This document shows positions 47,724 to 55,996 of a stretch of 64,000 nucleotides of DNA, piece by piece (within the stretch, counting starts at the first letter, position 1; each line of letters opens with the position of its first letter). The notes beneath the pieces were generated by a model. The model saw only the letters and a list, made by a program, of their open reading frames with translations, had not been told where the DNA came from and did no database searches. A program made the translations under genes and the position numbers. The DNA lies in the NCBI GenBank assembly GCA_003599145.1, contig QZIT01000005.1, forward strand, positions 127,961 to 191,960. The letters are read 5' to 3'. Origin of the DNA: Candidatus Woesearchaeota archaeon. Its GTDB lineage: Archaea > Nanobdellota > Nanobdellia > Woesearchaeales > UBA9642.

Positions 47724-48851
47724 ATGAAGAAGATATCAGTATATTTAGCAGTACTGCTCCTTTTTTCGTCTTTAGCATTGGCGTTTGACCCTTTAACAAC
47801 CATTATAGATCCTTTTAGGGAAATAGATTTTGCATCGTTCTATTTAGGAGCGTATTATTTCATTGACGGCATTATCTACTTGATGATTTTTTTAGGGTTG
47901 GGAATGTTTGTTTTCAAGAAATATTACCAGCAAAATGCCAAGCCTATTGTCATAGGTGTTGGTTTAGCTTTAACTTTCGCAGCGACATATTTTGAATACC
48001 TAACAGGATTTAATTTAGGCCAATTGTATCCTATAGCTGCCATCATCATCTTATTTATCATGATTTTCTTGATTTATGAATTCATGCATTCGTTCATCAA
48101 TGACGTTGGAGCATCTGCTTCCATCGCAATGCTTTTGGGAGCAGCAATGCTGATGAGCATCTTCACAGGCATTTATGATTGGTTAGTCCAGAATTCTCCT
48201 TTAGGCGCTGCGTTAGTGCATTTGGCAGTTGTCTTTGCGTTTGTTTTATTGATTATCAGGTTATTCAGATTATTTGGAAATGGACAGAATGCTGGAACAC
48301 CTGGACAACAAGGACCTGCAGGTCCCCAAGGACCACCTGGAAATCAAGGAATACCAGGACAAGGAGGCGGACCAGGAATGCCTGGACAGCCAGGACCTAT
48401 TGGACCGCCAGGGCAAGGAGGAGGAAACCCGCCAAATCCACCAGGACAACCATTAACAGTGCAAATTGCAGTGCCTGGAAGAAACGGACAGCAATTCCAG
48501 CAAGGGCAATTGCCTCATCTTGAAGCAGTTATTCGAGGAGGAACATCTCCTTATTATTTTAGATGGACAATCAATGGTCAGCAGGCAGGACAAGGGCAAA
48601 CTAACGGACATGCACGCACTCAAATCAATCCATTGCCCCCTGGAAGATATCACGCGATTATTGAAGTGACTGATACAGCAAACCATATTGCTGCAGACCA
48701 AAGAGATTTTGTTATTACAGGAGGTAATCCTTTGCAAGTACAAGTGCAACCTATCACACATCCCGTAGCACCAAACGGAAACGTTACGGTTAACCTTAAT
48801 ATTCAAGGAGGACAGCCTCCTTATACTATACAACCAATCATCAATCCATAA
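47724..48851 (+). CDS. membrane-anchor module + collagen-like Gly-X-Y repeats + Ig-like (GxPPY) repeats; probably the N-terminal part of a split gene
   Basis: 17 uninterrupted G-X-Y triplets ([57 protein letters not shown]); [10 protein letters not shown] and [10 protein letters not shown] Ig-like repeat motifs. Confidence 0.6.
   Translation: MKKISVYLAVLLLFSSLALAFDPLTTIIDPFREIDFASFYLGAYYFIDGIIYLMIFLGLGMFVFKKYYQQNAKPIVIGVGLALTFAATYFEYLTGFNLGQLYPIAAIIILFIMIFLIYEFMHSFINDVGASASIAMLLGAAMLMSIFTGIYDWLVQNSPLGAALVHLAVVFAFVLLIIRLFRLFGNGQNAGTPGQQGPAGPQGPPGNQGIPGQGGGPGMPGQPGPIGPPGQGGGNPPNPPGQPLTVQIAVPGRNGQQFQQGQLPHLEAVIRGGTSPYYFRWTINGQQAGQGQTNGHARTQINPLPPGRYHAIIEVTDTANHIAADQRDFVITGGNPLQVQVQPITHPVAPNGNVTVNLNIQGGQPPYTIQPIINP
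48282..48451 (+). repeat. collagen-like G-X-Y coding repeat (DNA level)
   Basis: gga/ggc-cca/cct triplet periodicity across about 170 nt. Confidence 0.6.
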
Positions 48852-48852
48852 C

Positions 48853-51657
48853 ATGGCATACAAAATAAAAGACGACGGAAAACTTCCCAAAGAGGGAAAC
48901 GCAGAGGTAGATATTAATTTAAGTAAATTTAACAATATCCGTGCGGATAAACCAAATGCTTTGGTATTTAGAGTTACTGACAGCGCAGGGAATGTTGCCG
49001 TAAGCGATCCTGTTTATTTTACTATTAGACAGCAGTTTTCTGTAAAAATAGTCCATCCAAAAGGAGAATATCCTGAAGGAGAGCTTGTTCCTTTAAGAGC
49101 AGAGATAAATCAGGGAATGTCTCCGTATACTTATGAATTCTTTATTGATGGAAATGCTTTAGGACCAAGAAGACAGACTAATGATGCAATCATTCAAAGT
49201 CAACTGCCTCCTCAATTATTTGCTCCAAATAACTTAGGACCTGGAAAACATGAACTGACCATAACCGTTGAAGACCATCAGGGAGCAAAAACAGCAGACA
49301 GAGCAGAATTTGAAATAAAAACAGGAACGGCAATGGACTTTGATATTATTTCTCCGACTAAAAAAGAGTGGAATGAAGGCGAAGAAATTCCCTTTGCAAT
49401 TCAGATTAAAAATGGAAAGGAACCGTATGCAATATTTGCCTATGTCAATAGCGAGACAAGAACTAGTGAGAACGCCATTTTTGCCAAAATTGATATTCAA
49501 GGGCTTACGGACAATACATTCGCTTTAGAGCATGCGTATGCAAAAATCCTTGACATGCTGAAGAGAGGAGTTCTTAAAAGAGGAAAGGAATTTGTCGTTT
49601 ACATCGAAGTGAATGACGGCGTCAATAGCCAAGAAAATAAAGCAAGATTCCAGAGAATAAAGCCTATTACCTTAACGATTGCTCCTTCTGGCAAACTCAT
49701 GATTAATGTAGTGGCTCCTGCAGAAAATCAGCTCATACCTCAAAACGAACCTATATCTTTTGACTTCACCATTGTCAATGGACAGCCTCCTTATCAATAT
49801 GTTATCAGGGCAAGAAACCAAAGAAGAAGCATTGACTTCAGCAAAGAAGGAGAAAACATAACAAATCCTCATTTCGATTTCGCCATAGCGCACAGCTTTC
49901 CTGAAGGTGATGAACGATTGACTATTGCCGTCATTGACAGCTTAAAAAGAACTGTGCAGGTTGACCGAAACATCAAGATTGTTTCTCCTGTTGATATTCT
50001 TACCGTGAATATTGCGTCTCCAACAGAGGAACAGGTAGTGCAAAAAGAATTGCCTGTTGACCTAGAATTCACTGTTCTAGAGGGCAAAGAACCGTATACC
50101 TGCGAACTTTTGATTGTTGGTGAGGGCAGAAGAGAAGTGTATAAGAAAAGCTGGAAAGCAAACAATGCTCTAGTCCACGAGCAAGTATTATTGACAACCT
50201 ATGAAGGAAAAGCAGAAATTCTTTTAAGAATTACCGATGCAAATCAGAGAAAAGGCATTGCGCGCAGAAAGTTTGTTGTTTTCAGCATGTATAAGCCAAC
50301 ACCACCCTTATTGCCTCCTCCTCCAGGAACAGACGATACTATTCCCCAGGACCCTGATCAAAAAAGTCCTTTCAGAATTACCGATGTAAAAAGCGGAGCA
50401 GCAATACAAAAGCTGCTCAAAGACTATCAGGCAACAGAAGAACGATTGCGAAAACATAGAGCATATCTAGATTCATTCAGCAGCGACGAAGAACTCATGC
50501 AAGACCCTGCGCTGCAGGTTTATTTGAAAAGAATAATCGAAGCAGAGCAAAGAGTGCAGCAGGGTTATGAACTCATAAGGGGAAAAAGATATGCTGAAGC
50601 AGAAAATCAGCTTAAAATCATCCAAAGAATACTTGGTTTTCTTGACGACAGTTTAGAAAAAGTAAAGAGCATCGTGAAAGCGTTCAGAGAAACCAAAGGA
50701 CCGGAAGAGTTAGTCAGGGCATTGCAGCAGATTGAAGAAAAATTGAATTATCATCAAAAATTAGTAACAGAAGTTGAAACGCACGAAGACATAAAAAAGA
50801 GCCATGTAGTCATACAATACGCACTAAATTTAAGGGATGCATTTACCAAATTAAGAGAGTGCAAAGAACTGGTGCGAGGCAAGAATTACCAGTATGCCCA
50901 AAGAAGGTTCAGGCTTTTACTGCATCGCGTTCAATATCTCGACAGGGCTGAGCAAAAAATAAGAGTAATACTGCAGGCCAAGCTGACACAACAAATTGAA
51001 GAACTGACAAATGTAAAGCTCACTCAAAGAGATCTATCAAAAGCAGTGAATAAAATCATACAACAACTTACGTTTTATGGGACGCTTTTCTCTGAATTGA
51101 CCAGAGAGCATCCTGAAGTAACAAGCAATGAGCTTTATGCAAGTTTAAGAACAAACATCGACCAAGGATTGAGATTGGCACAGGAAACAAGAGAACTTAT
51201 TGCACAAAATAATTTTGAAAAAGCAAAAGACAACATAGGACAATTCAGGGGAAGACTCCAGTATATTCAAGAACTGTATGACCGGATTCTCAATGGCATT
51301 GCCTTACCAGAAGCATGGAACGGGAATGTTGCAGATTTAGAGGAAGAATTAAGAATTAATTGGCAAGGCTTGGGATCAGTAAAAAGATTAATCACTGATT
51401 TACGCAATAAATACAGAGACATTGATAGCAATCCTTCATTTAAAACGTTCACCAGATTATTTGATGACGAAGCAGAGCCAAAAGTAAGAAGAGCGAGAGA
51501 TTTACTTGCTGAAAAAAGATATGCTGAAGTACGAAAATACCTCGATGACTTGGTTCCTCTCTTTGACCAGCTGAATACATTCTATGAGATGTTCATGAAG
51601 CAGATTAATCCTCGACATACACCGAGCAACAGGCCTCCGTTCGTCAAGAAAAAATAA
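48853..51657 (+). CDS. large protein: 5 or more Ig-like (SPYTY/EPYA/PPYQY) repeats + about 450-aa alpha-helical C-terminal region; no signal peptide of its own
   Basis: Starts 1 nt after the stop of the collagen-like ORF in the +1 frame; shares the GxPPY-type repeat with it. Confidence 0.55.
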   Translation: MAYKIKDDGKLPKEGNAEVDINLSKFNNIRADKPNALVFRVTDSAGNVAVSDPVYFTIRQQFSVKIVHPKGEYPEGELVPLRAEINQGMSPYTYEFFIDGNALGPRRQTNDAIIQSQLPPQLFAPNNLGPGKHELTITVEDHQGAKTADRAEFEIKTGTAMDFDIISPTKKEWNEGEEIPFAIQIKNGKEPYAIFAYVNSETRTSENAIFAKIDIQGLTDNTFALEHAYAKILDMLKRGVLKRGKEFVVYIEVNDGVNSQENKARFQRIKPITLTIAPSGKLMINVVAPAENQLIPQNEPISFDFTIVNGQPPYQYVIRARNQRRSIDFSKEGENITNPHFDFAIAHSFPEGDERLTIAVIDSLKRTVQVDRNIKIVSPVDILTVNIASPTEEQVVQKELPVDLEFTVLEGKEPYTCELLIVGEGRREVYKKSWKANNALVHEQVLLTTYEGKAEILLRITDANQRKGIARRKFVVFSMYKPTPPLLPPPPGTDDTIPQDPDQKSPFRITDVKSGAAIQKLLKDYQATEERLRKHRAYLDSFSSDEELMQDPALQVYLKRIIEAEQRVQQGYELIRGKRYAEAENQLKIIQRILGFLDDSLEKVKSIVKAFRETKGPEELVRALQQIEEKLNYHQKLVTEVETHEDIKKSHVVIQYALNLRDAFTKLRECKELVRGKNYQYAQRRFRLLLHRVQYLDRAEQKIRVILQAKLTQQIEELTNVKLTQRDLSKAVNKIIQQLTFYGTLFSELTREHPEVTSNELYASLRTNIDQGLRLAQETRELIAQNNFEKAKDNIGQFRGRLQYIQELYDRILNGIALPEAWNGNVADLEEELRINWQGLGSVKRLITDLRNKYRDIDSNPSFKTFTRLFDDEAEPKVRRARDLLAEKRYAEVRKYLDDLVPLFDQLNTFYEMFMKQINPRHTPSNRPPFVKKK

Positions 51658-51777
51658 GCGTTGATGGATATTCTTTTGCGTTTTTTCATAATTTTTCCTT
51701 GTTTTTTCCATAGTTTTCTCTTTATAAAACTTTTCAGCAATACTTAAATAGTATAGAAACTATGTCTATTAAAAACT

Positions 51778-51849
51778 TTAAGCACTGCTTATATATTTTA
51801 AAGCATTATTTTTATATAAGTTTTAAGCTTTACTTATATATTTTAGATG
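51778..51849. repeat. AT-rich imperfect direct/inverted repeats (TTTAAGC-N3-CTTATATATTTTA twice; CTTATATA/TATATAAG arms) in the convergent spacer next to xer
   Basis: Seen directly in the 254-nt intergenic region. Confidence 0.4.
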
Positions 51850-51911
51850 ATTATTTTTTAGAAAAAAAATTAAAAAAAAGTAATAAAAAAATAAAACTAA
51901 TAAAAGAATAA

Positions 51912-52712
51912 CTACAAATCATCCAGAGGAGATTTAATCTTTTTCTTCTGGTCGTTGCTGATTTGCGTGTACAATTGCGTCGTCTGCAAATTGCTATGGC
52001 CTAATAATTCCTGAATCATCCTAATATCGGTTCCTTTTTCCAGCAAATGCGTAGCAAAACTGTGCCTCAAGGTATGGGGAGAAACCTTTTTTTGTATGCC
52101 TGCTTTCCGTGCAGATTTCTGGATGATTTTTTGCACGTTTCTTGGGCTGAGCGTGCCTGTTTTTCCAGGAAAAACATAATCCGTTATCTTCGATAAGTAA
52201 GGCCTTAAATCAGTAATGACCGCATCTGATAAGATAGCCATCCTGTCTTTTCCGCCTTTTCCTCGTCTTACCCAGGCAAGCTTATTGTCCATTTCTACAT
52301 CTTTCTTTTTCAATTGCAAGAGTTCAGAAACCCTCAATCCTGAAGAATACAGCAGCTTAATCATCAATTTGCTTTTTAAGGTTGGCGTAGATTCAATAAG
52401 CTGTTTTACCTCTTCTTTGCTCAAGATAGAGGGCAATTTTCGCGCTATTTTAGGAGTTTTGACATTGACAATGTTCTTTTTTAACACATCCCCGTAATAG
52501 AATTTCAAGGCAGACCTTGCCAGTGCCACCGTCGATGCATTGAGCTTTTTATCGGCAATAAGATACGCCAAATATTTCTTAATATCCTCTTCCAAAACAA
52601 CATCAGGCGTTTTTTTTGCAAAATGCAGGAACAATTGATTGTGAAACACATACGTTTTGATAGTTGTTGGACTGCAGCCTCTTAATTTTAATTCTGTTTC
52701 AAGATTTTCCAT
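51912..52712 (-). CDS. tyrosine recombinase, XerA/XerC-like (phage integrase family)
   Basis: Core-binding SPTTIKTY...; catalytic region LRHSFATHLLEKGTDIRMIQELLGHSNLQTTQLYTQI (R, HxxR, Y). Confidence 0.85.
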   Translation of the reverse strand: MENLETELKLRGCSPTTIKTYVFHNQLFLHFAKKTPDVVLEEDIKKYLAYLIADKKLNASTVALARSALKFYYGDVLKKNIVNVKTPKIARKLPSILSKEEVKQLIESTPTLKSKLMIKLLYSSGLRVSELLQLKKKDVEMDNKLAWVRRGKGGKDRMAILSDAVITDLRPYLSKITDYVFPGKTGTLSPRNVQKIIQKSARKAGIQKKVSPHTLRHSFATHLLEKGTDIRMIQELLGHSNLQTTQLYTQISNDQKKKIKSPLDDL

Positions 52713-52989
52713 GCTTTTGCAAGGTGTTGCTTATATATAAAGGTTCGTAAAACGTGAAAAGCGTATAAAAACAGAAAGAAAAGAAGAGTAGACATTCAGC
52801 GTTAACTTTATATATAAGCTTTCTCAGAAATCAGTTAATGGAAAAAGAGGATTTTCAATTGGCAGTTGTTGCCTTATTTTCTATTTTAGCTATTTTTTTA
52901 ATCACAGTATTTGTTGTTCGATATCAACTATTTTGAGGTGAAAAATGGAAGAAAAAAATACGTTTTGAATTGTTGCGATTATTGCAGTC

Positions 52990-53538
52990 GTGGCAATGGT
53001 TTCTTTGGTTGTCGTTGCCTTTTTTGGAGTAACCGAAGGAGCAGCAATAAGAAGAATAAGTGTTCCTTCACAGCCAGTGCAAGAAACTACAGCACCAGTT
53101 TGCTCTCTTTGCGGAGATGTCAATGGAGATAGGACTGCGTTTAATATTCAGGATAAAATGATTTTTGATAGTTATGCAAAGAATAATGGACCAGCACCTT
53201 CCTGCATGGCCCAAGCAGACTTGGACGGAGATGGCGTTGTCGGCAGTCTTGTAGACATAAGAATGTGGGAAGATGCCTATGCAGGCCGCATTACTCCTAC
53301 CTGTCAGCAAACTCCATTAACAGCAATAAACTGCCAAAAATGCGGAGATCTCAATGGAGACAGTATCGTCAATATCGTAGATGAAATGCTGATGGATGAC
53401 TTTGTTTGGAGAGGCGGAGCAGCGCCTGCATGCTTAAGCAAGGCTGATTTAAATCAGGATGGCATTATCAGCGACACTTCAGATGCGCTTTTATTGAAAA
53501 GCTATCTTTGGAAAGCAGGGCCTGAACCTGTTTGCTGA
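52990..53538 (+). CDS. secreted protein with four dockerin/EF-hand-like calcium-binding repeats (GTG start)
   Basis: GDVNGDRTAFNIQD, ADLDGDGVVGSLVD, GDLNGDSIVNIVD, ADLNQDGIISDTSD...LLKSYLWKAG; N-terminal hydrophobic segment. Confidence 0.55.
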   Translation: MAMVSLVVVAFFGVTEGAAIRRISVPSQPVQETTAPVCSLCGDVNGDRTAFNIQDKMIFDSYAKNNGPAPSCMAQADLDGDGVVGSLVDIRMWEDAYAGRITPTCQQTPLTAINCQKCGDLNGDSIVNIVDEMLMDDFVWRGGAAPACLSKADLNQDGIISDTSDALLLKSYLWKAGPEPVC

Positions 53539-53547
53539 GGTGCAACA

Positions 53548-53853
53548 ATGGAACAAAAAATGATGTACTATAGTTTAATAGCAGTAGTAGGCATGGTTGC
53601 CGTGGTCAGTTTAGTAGTCATACTTGTTGGAGCGAAGCAAAACTCATTAGCGGCAAATGCTGTCGCTCCATTAACCTATGAACAAATAGATCCTGATGGA
53701 GATGGGCCACTTCCGGTTTCCCGATGTGCCAGAGCATATGCGAGATATTATGACTCAACAACAGATGAAAACTGTGTTGACACGTACCTTATCTGCGGTG
53801 ATGTTGGCATGTTTAGGTTTTCACACGATTGTTACTCTGCAAAAGACTATTAG
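53548..53853 (+). CDS. small secreted/membrane Cys-containing protein
   Basis: TM/signal MMYYSLIAVVGMVAVVSLVVILVGA; DPDGDGP motif; 5 Cys. Confidence 0.4.
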   Translation: MEQKMMYYSLIAVVGMVAVVSLVVILVGAKQNSLAANAVAPLTYEQIDPDGDGPLPVSRCARAYARYYDSTTDENCVDTYLICGDVGMFRFSHDCYSAKDY

Positions 53854-53989
53854 TTATTACGTATAATATGCATTTTACGTACTAGTCATGCGTAAGTACG
53901 GCTAGAACGCCTTATTTTTGCTAAAAAGTAGGGGTTTTTTGATAAAACACTTCTAAATCTTTATAAACCTGAAAACAGTTCTGCAAAAC

Positions 53990-54511
53990 ATGGCATTAAG
54001 CAAGTACTTACGATTTGCAGCTGCGTATGATTCTTTAGCAGATATTTGTGGAAACGAACCTCCAACAAAGCAACTGGTAATAGCCCATATGGCGAGAAGA
54101 TTTGCGGAAGAAGAATTTAAAATGCGTTCTGGAACCACTACGGATAGAAAGGCTACCGAAGAAGCATATGTAAGCGCCATGCTCCAAAGAGAAGGCCTTG
54201 TAACAACAGGCGTTGGTTATGGCGTAGCTTTGCCTCATGGAGTAGTTGAAGTGCAGAGTGGTGTTTTACAGCCCCAGCTTGATTTGGGAGTGTATATCAT
54301 TCCAGAATTAGATTGGGAATCTTCTGACAAAAAACCTGCTCAGCTCATCTTTGCCACGTTATGCCCCAGAGATATCATTGGGGGTCATTTAAACGTTCTG
54401 GCAAGGTTAAGCTACACTTTAAAAACTGAAAAAATGAGAACCTTAATAAGGGATTCGGTAATTTCAGGAAATGAACTAGAATTAAAAAAGCTTTTAGACT
54501 ATCAACCTTAG
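53990..54511 (+). CDS. PTS EIIA type-2 (PtsN/fructose-IIA-like) domain protein, standalone
   Basis: LQREGLVTTGVGYGVALPHG (compare REKMGSTGIGNGIAIPHG with phosphorylatable His) and PAQLIFATLCPRD...HLNVLARLS match the EIIA-2 fold signature. Confidence 0.65.
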   Translation: MALSKYLRFAAAYDSLADICGNEPPTKQLVIAHMARRFAEEEFKMRSGTTTDRKATEEAYVSAMLQREGLVTTGVGYGVALPHGVVEVQSGVLQPQLDLGVYIIPELDWESSDKKPAQLIFATLCPRDIIGGHLNVLARLSYTLKTEKMRTLIRDSVISGNELELKKLLDYQP

Positions 54512-54548
54512 CAAAACATTCTTATAGACTAGATTATTAACTTTTTCA

Positions 54549-55106
54549 ATGAAAGAAGACGATATTCACAGAGAAATCTTAAAAGAAGCCCTTGCTGAGA
54601 AAGAGGAAAAGCCATCAAAAGTATGGCCTTATATTTGGGTAGGCATAGGCTTATTGATTATTATTTTGCTTATTTTAGCCTATACAGGAGGCATCTCAGG
54701 CATTTATTTCATCAAAGGAAGAACTGCAAGCGGAGAAATTCAAAATTTTCAAGTGGATTTTGAAGAGGGCAAGGTCATTTTTGAGCCTTCTGTCTATGAA
54801 GCGTTAAAAAACCAGTTTTTGGCAAATTACACAGCGGAATTTAAAGTCTGCCTATTGGGAGAAAAGCAGGGAAAGAACTATATTATAACAAGTTTTTACA
54901 CACCAATCATTTTCTCGCAGGATTTTACCAGTGTACACAGCGTACAGTGCAACAGCTCAACCATCATTCCCTTGCACAGCCATCCTGTAGATAGTTGTTT
55001 ATTTTCAGATCAGGATAAGGCATCATTTAAAGCATTTAAAGAGGTAAATCCTGATGCGATCTATGGATTGATGTGCTCGGCAAATCGATTTTCATTCATA
55101 AAATGA
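54549..55106 (+). CDS. membrane-anchored JAB/MPN (JAMM) metalloprotease-like protein
   Basis: N-terminal TM helix; LHSHPVDSCLFSDQD fits the JAMM motif H-x-H-x7-S-x2-D. Confidence 0.55.
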   Translation: MKEDDIHREILKEALAEKEEKPSKVWPYIWVGIGLLIIILLILAYTGGISGIYFIKGRTASGEIQNFQVDFEEGKVIFEPSVYEALKNQFLANYTAEFKVCLLGEKQGKNYIITSFYTPIIFSQDFTSVHSVQCNSSTIIPLHSHPVDSCLFSDQDKASFKAFKEVNPDAIYGLMCSANRFSFIK

Positions 55107-55152
55107 ACCTGTTAAAACATTCTATTTTTGCTTAAAGGTTTTAGAATATTCT

Positions 55153-55452
55153 TTAGAAATAGCCTTTCATGCCTTTGAAATATGTTTTGATTTGGACATA
55201 GCATGATTTCAACTCTTTTTTTCCTAAAGCAGTAAGGCTATAGTGCTTTTTTCTGCCGTCCTTTTTCCACGTTACTAGTTTTTGTTTTCTGAGCCTTTTG
55301 AGCGTAGGATAAATCGTTCCTGGCGTTAAAACCTCTCCTTTGCGCATGCCAATGCTTCTGGCAAGTTCATCACCGGAAAACGGTTTTTTTGACAATTCGT
55401 GCAGAATGAAAAAAGACAAAAAACCCTTGATTTCTATTTTTGCTTTAGGCAT
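55153..55452 (-). CDS. PadR-family transcriptional regulator
   Basis: GFLSFFILHELSKKPFSGDELARSIGMRKGEVLTPGTIYPTLKRLRKQKLV. Confidence 0.85.
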   Translation of the reverse strand: MPKAKIEIKGFLSFFILHELSKKPFSGDELARSIGMRKGEVLTPGTIYPTLKRLRKQKLVTWKKDGRKKHYSLTALGKKELKSCYVQIKTYFKGMKGYF

Positions 55453-55502
55453 TTTGCTTTTAAGTGCTTCTGCTATATAAATATTGCGCTTTATTAGAAG
55501 AA

Positions 55503-55624
55503 CTAAATAATATAGCTTTTGCTTAAATTATTTAGCATATTTTTTATTAAAAGCGGTTATATTTACTTATTGATTAAACTATATATTGTTTATTCTATAT
55601 ATCTATTGTTCAATATATTGAACA
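55503..55624. promoter_or_regulatory. inverted repeat CTAAATAAT-N15-ATTATTTAG (55503-55535) and perfect 18-bp palindrome TGTTCAATATATTGAACA (55607-55624) upstream of PadR
   Basis: Seen directly. Confidence 0.45.
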
Positions 55625-55629
55625 CACTA

Positions 55630-55985
55630 TAAATGAAAAGAAAAAAAACAATCAAAAGATCTATGAAAAAAGAAAAAAAGAGCTGTAAAAAAAACAATAA
55701 AAAAAGAAAGAAAAAAGAAGAGAAAAACAGGTGAAAAATCATCAAAAAAAGAATGGAAAATGCAATACTCCTGTATAAGACAGGGCAAAAGTGAGGGTTT
55801 TATACTGAAGAGAAAGAAAAAAAAGCTATAAAAAAAGACAGAAAAATACGTTAAAAAGAAAGATAAGCAAAAGAGCGTTAAAAAAGGAGTAAGGAAAGAT
55901 ACTAAAATAGAGAAATGAAAAGGCAATAAAACAAAAGAGTAAGCAAAACTAAACGGAAATACACTCTATAAAGCGAAAAAAAAGA
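55630..55985 (+). repeat. about 360-nt purine-only (A/G, mostly A) low-complexity tract, non-coding
   Basis: Top strand almost devoid of C/T runs; only stop-riddled K-rich micro-ORFs; the 99-aa antisense F/L/S-rich ORF in the track is a compositional artefact. Confidence 0.6.
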
Positions 55986-55996
55986 AAAAGTGAGAC

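Noticed and set aside
48179-48523. R/T-rich 114-aa ORF and other frames across the collagen-like region
   Set aside because: These are alternative frames of the GGN-CCN repeat. The Gly-X-Y frame is contiguous with the membrane-anchor module upstream.
48840-48860. Programmed +1 frameshift joining the collagen/Ig ORF to the 934-aa ORF
   Set aside because: The sequence before the stop (AAT CCA TAA C) is not a recognisable shifty heptamer, so a simple disruption or a genuine two-gene arrangement is more parsimonious. The juxtaposition itself is kept as a finding.
55627-55926. 99-aa minus-strand ORF made of F/L/S runs
   Set aside because: It is the antisense reading of the purine-only tract (poly-TTT/CTT codons), not a real gene.
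55630-55985. CRISPR array or other spaced-repeat structure
   Set aside because: No regularly spaced direct repeats of constant length were found anywhere in the window. The purine tract is degenerate low-complexity sequence, not repeat-spacer units.
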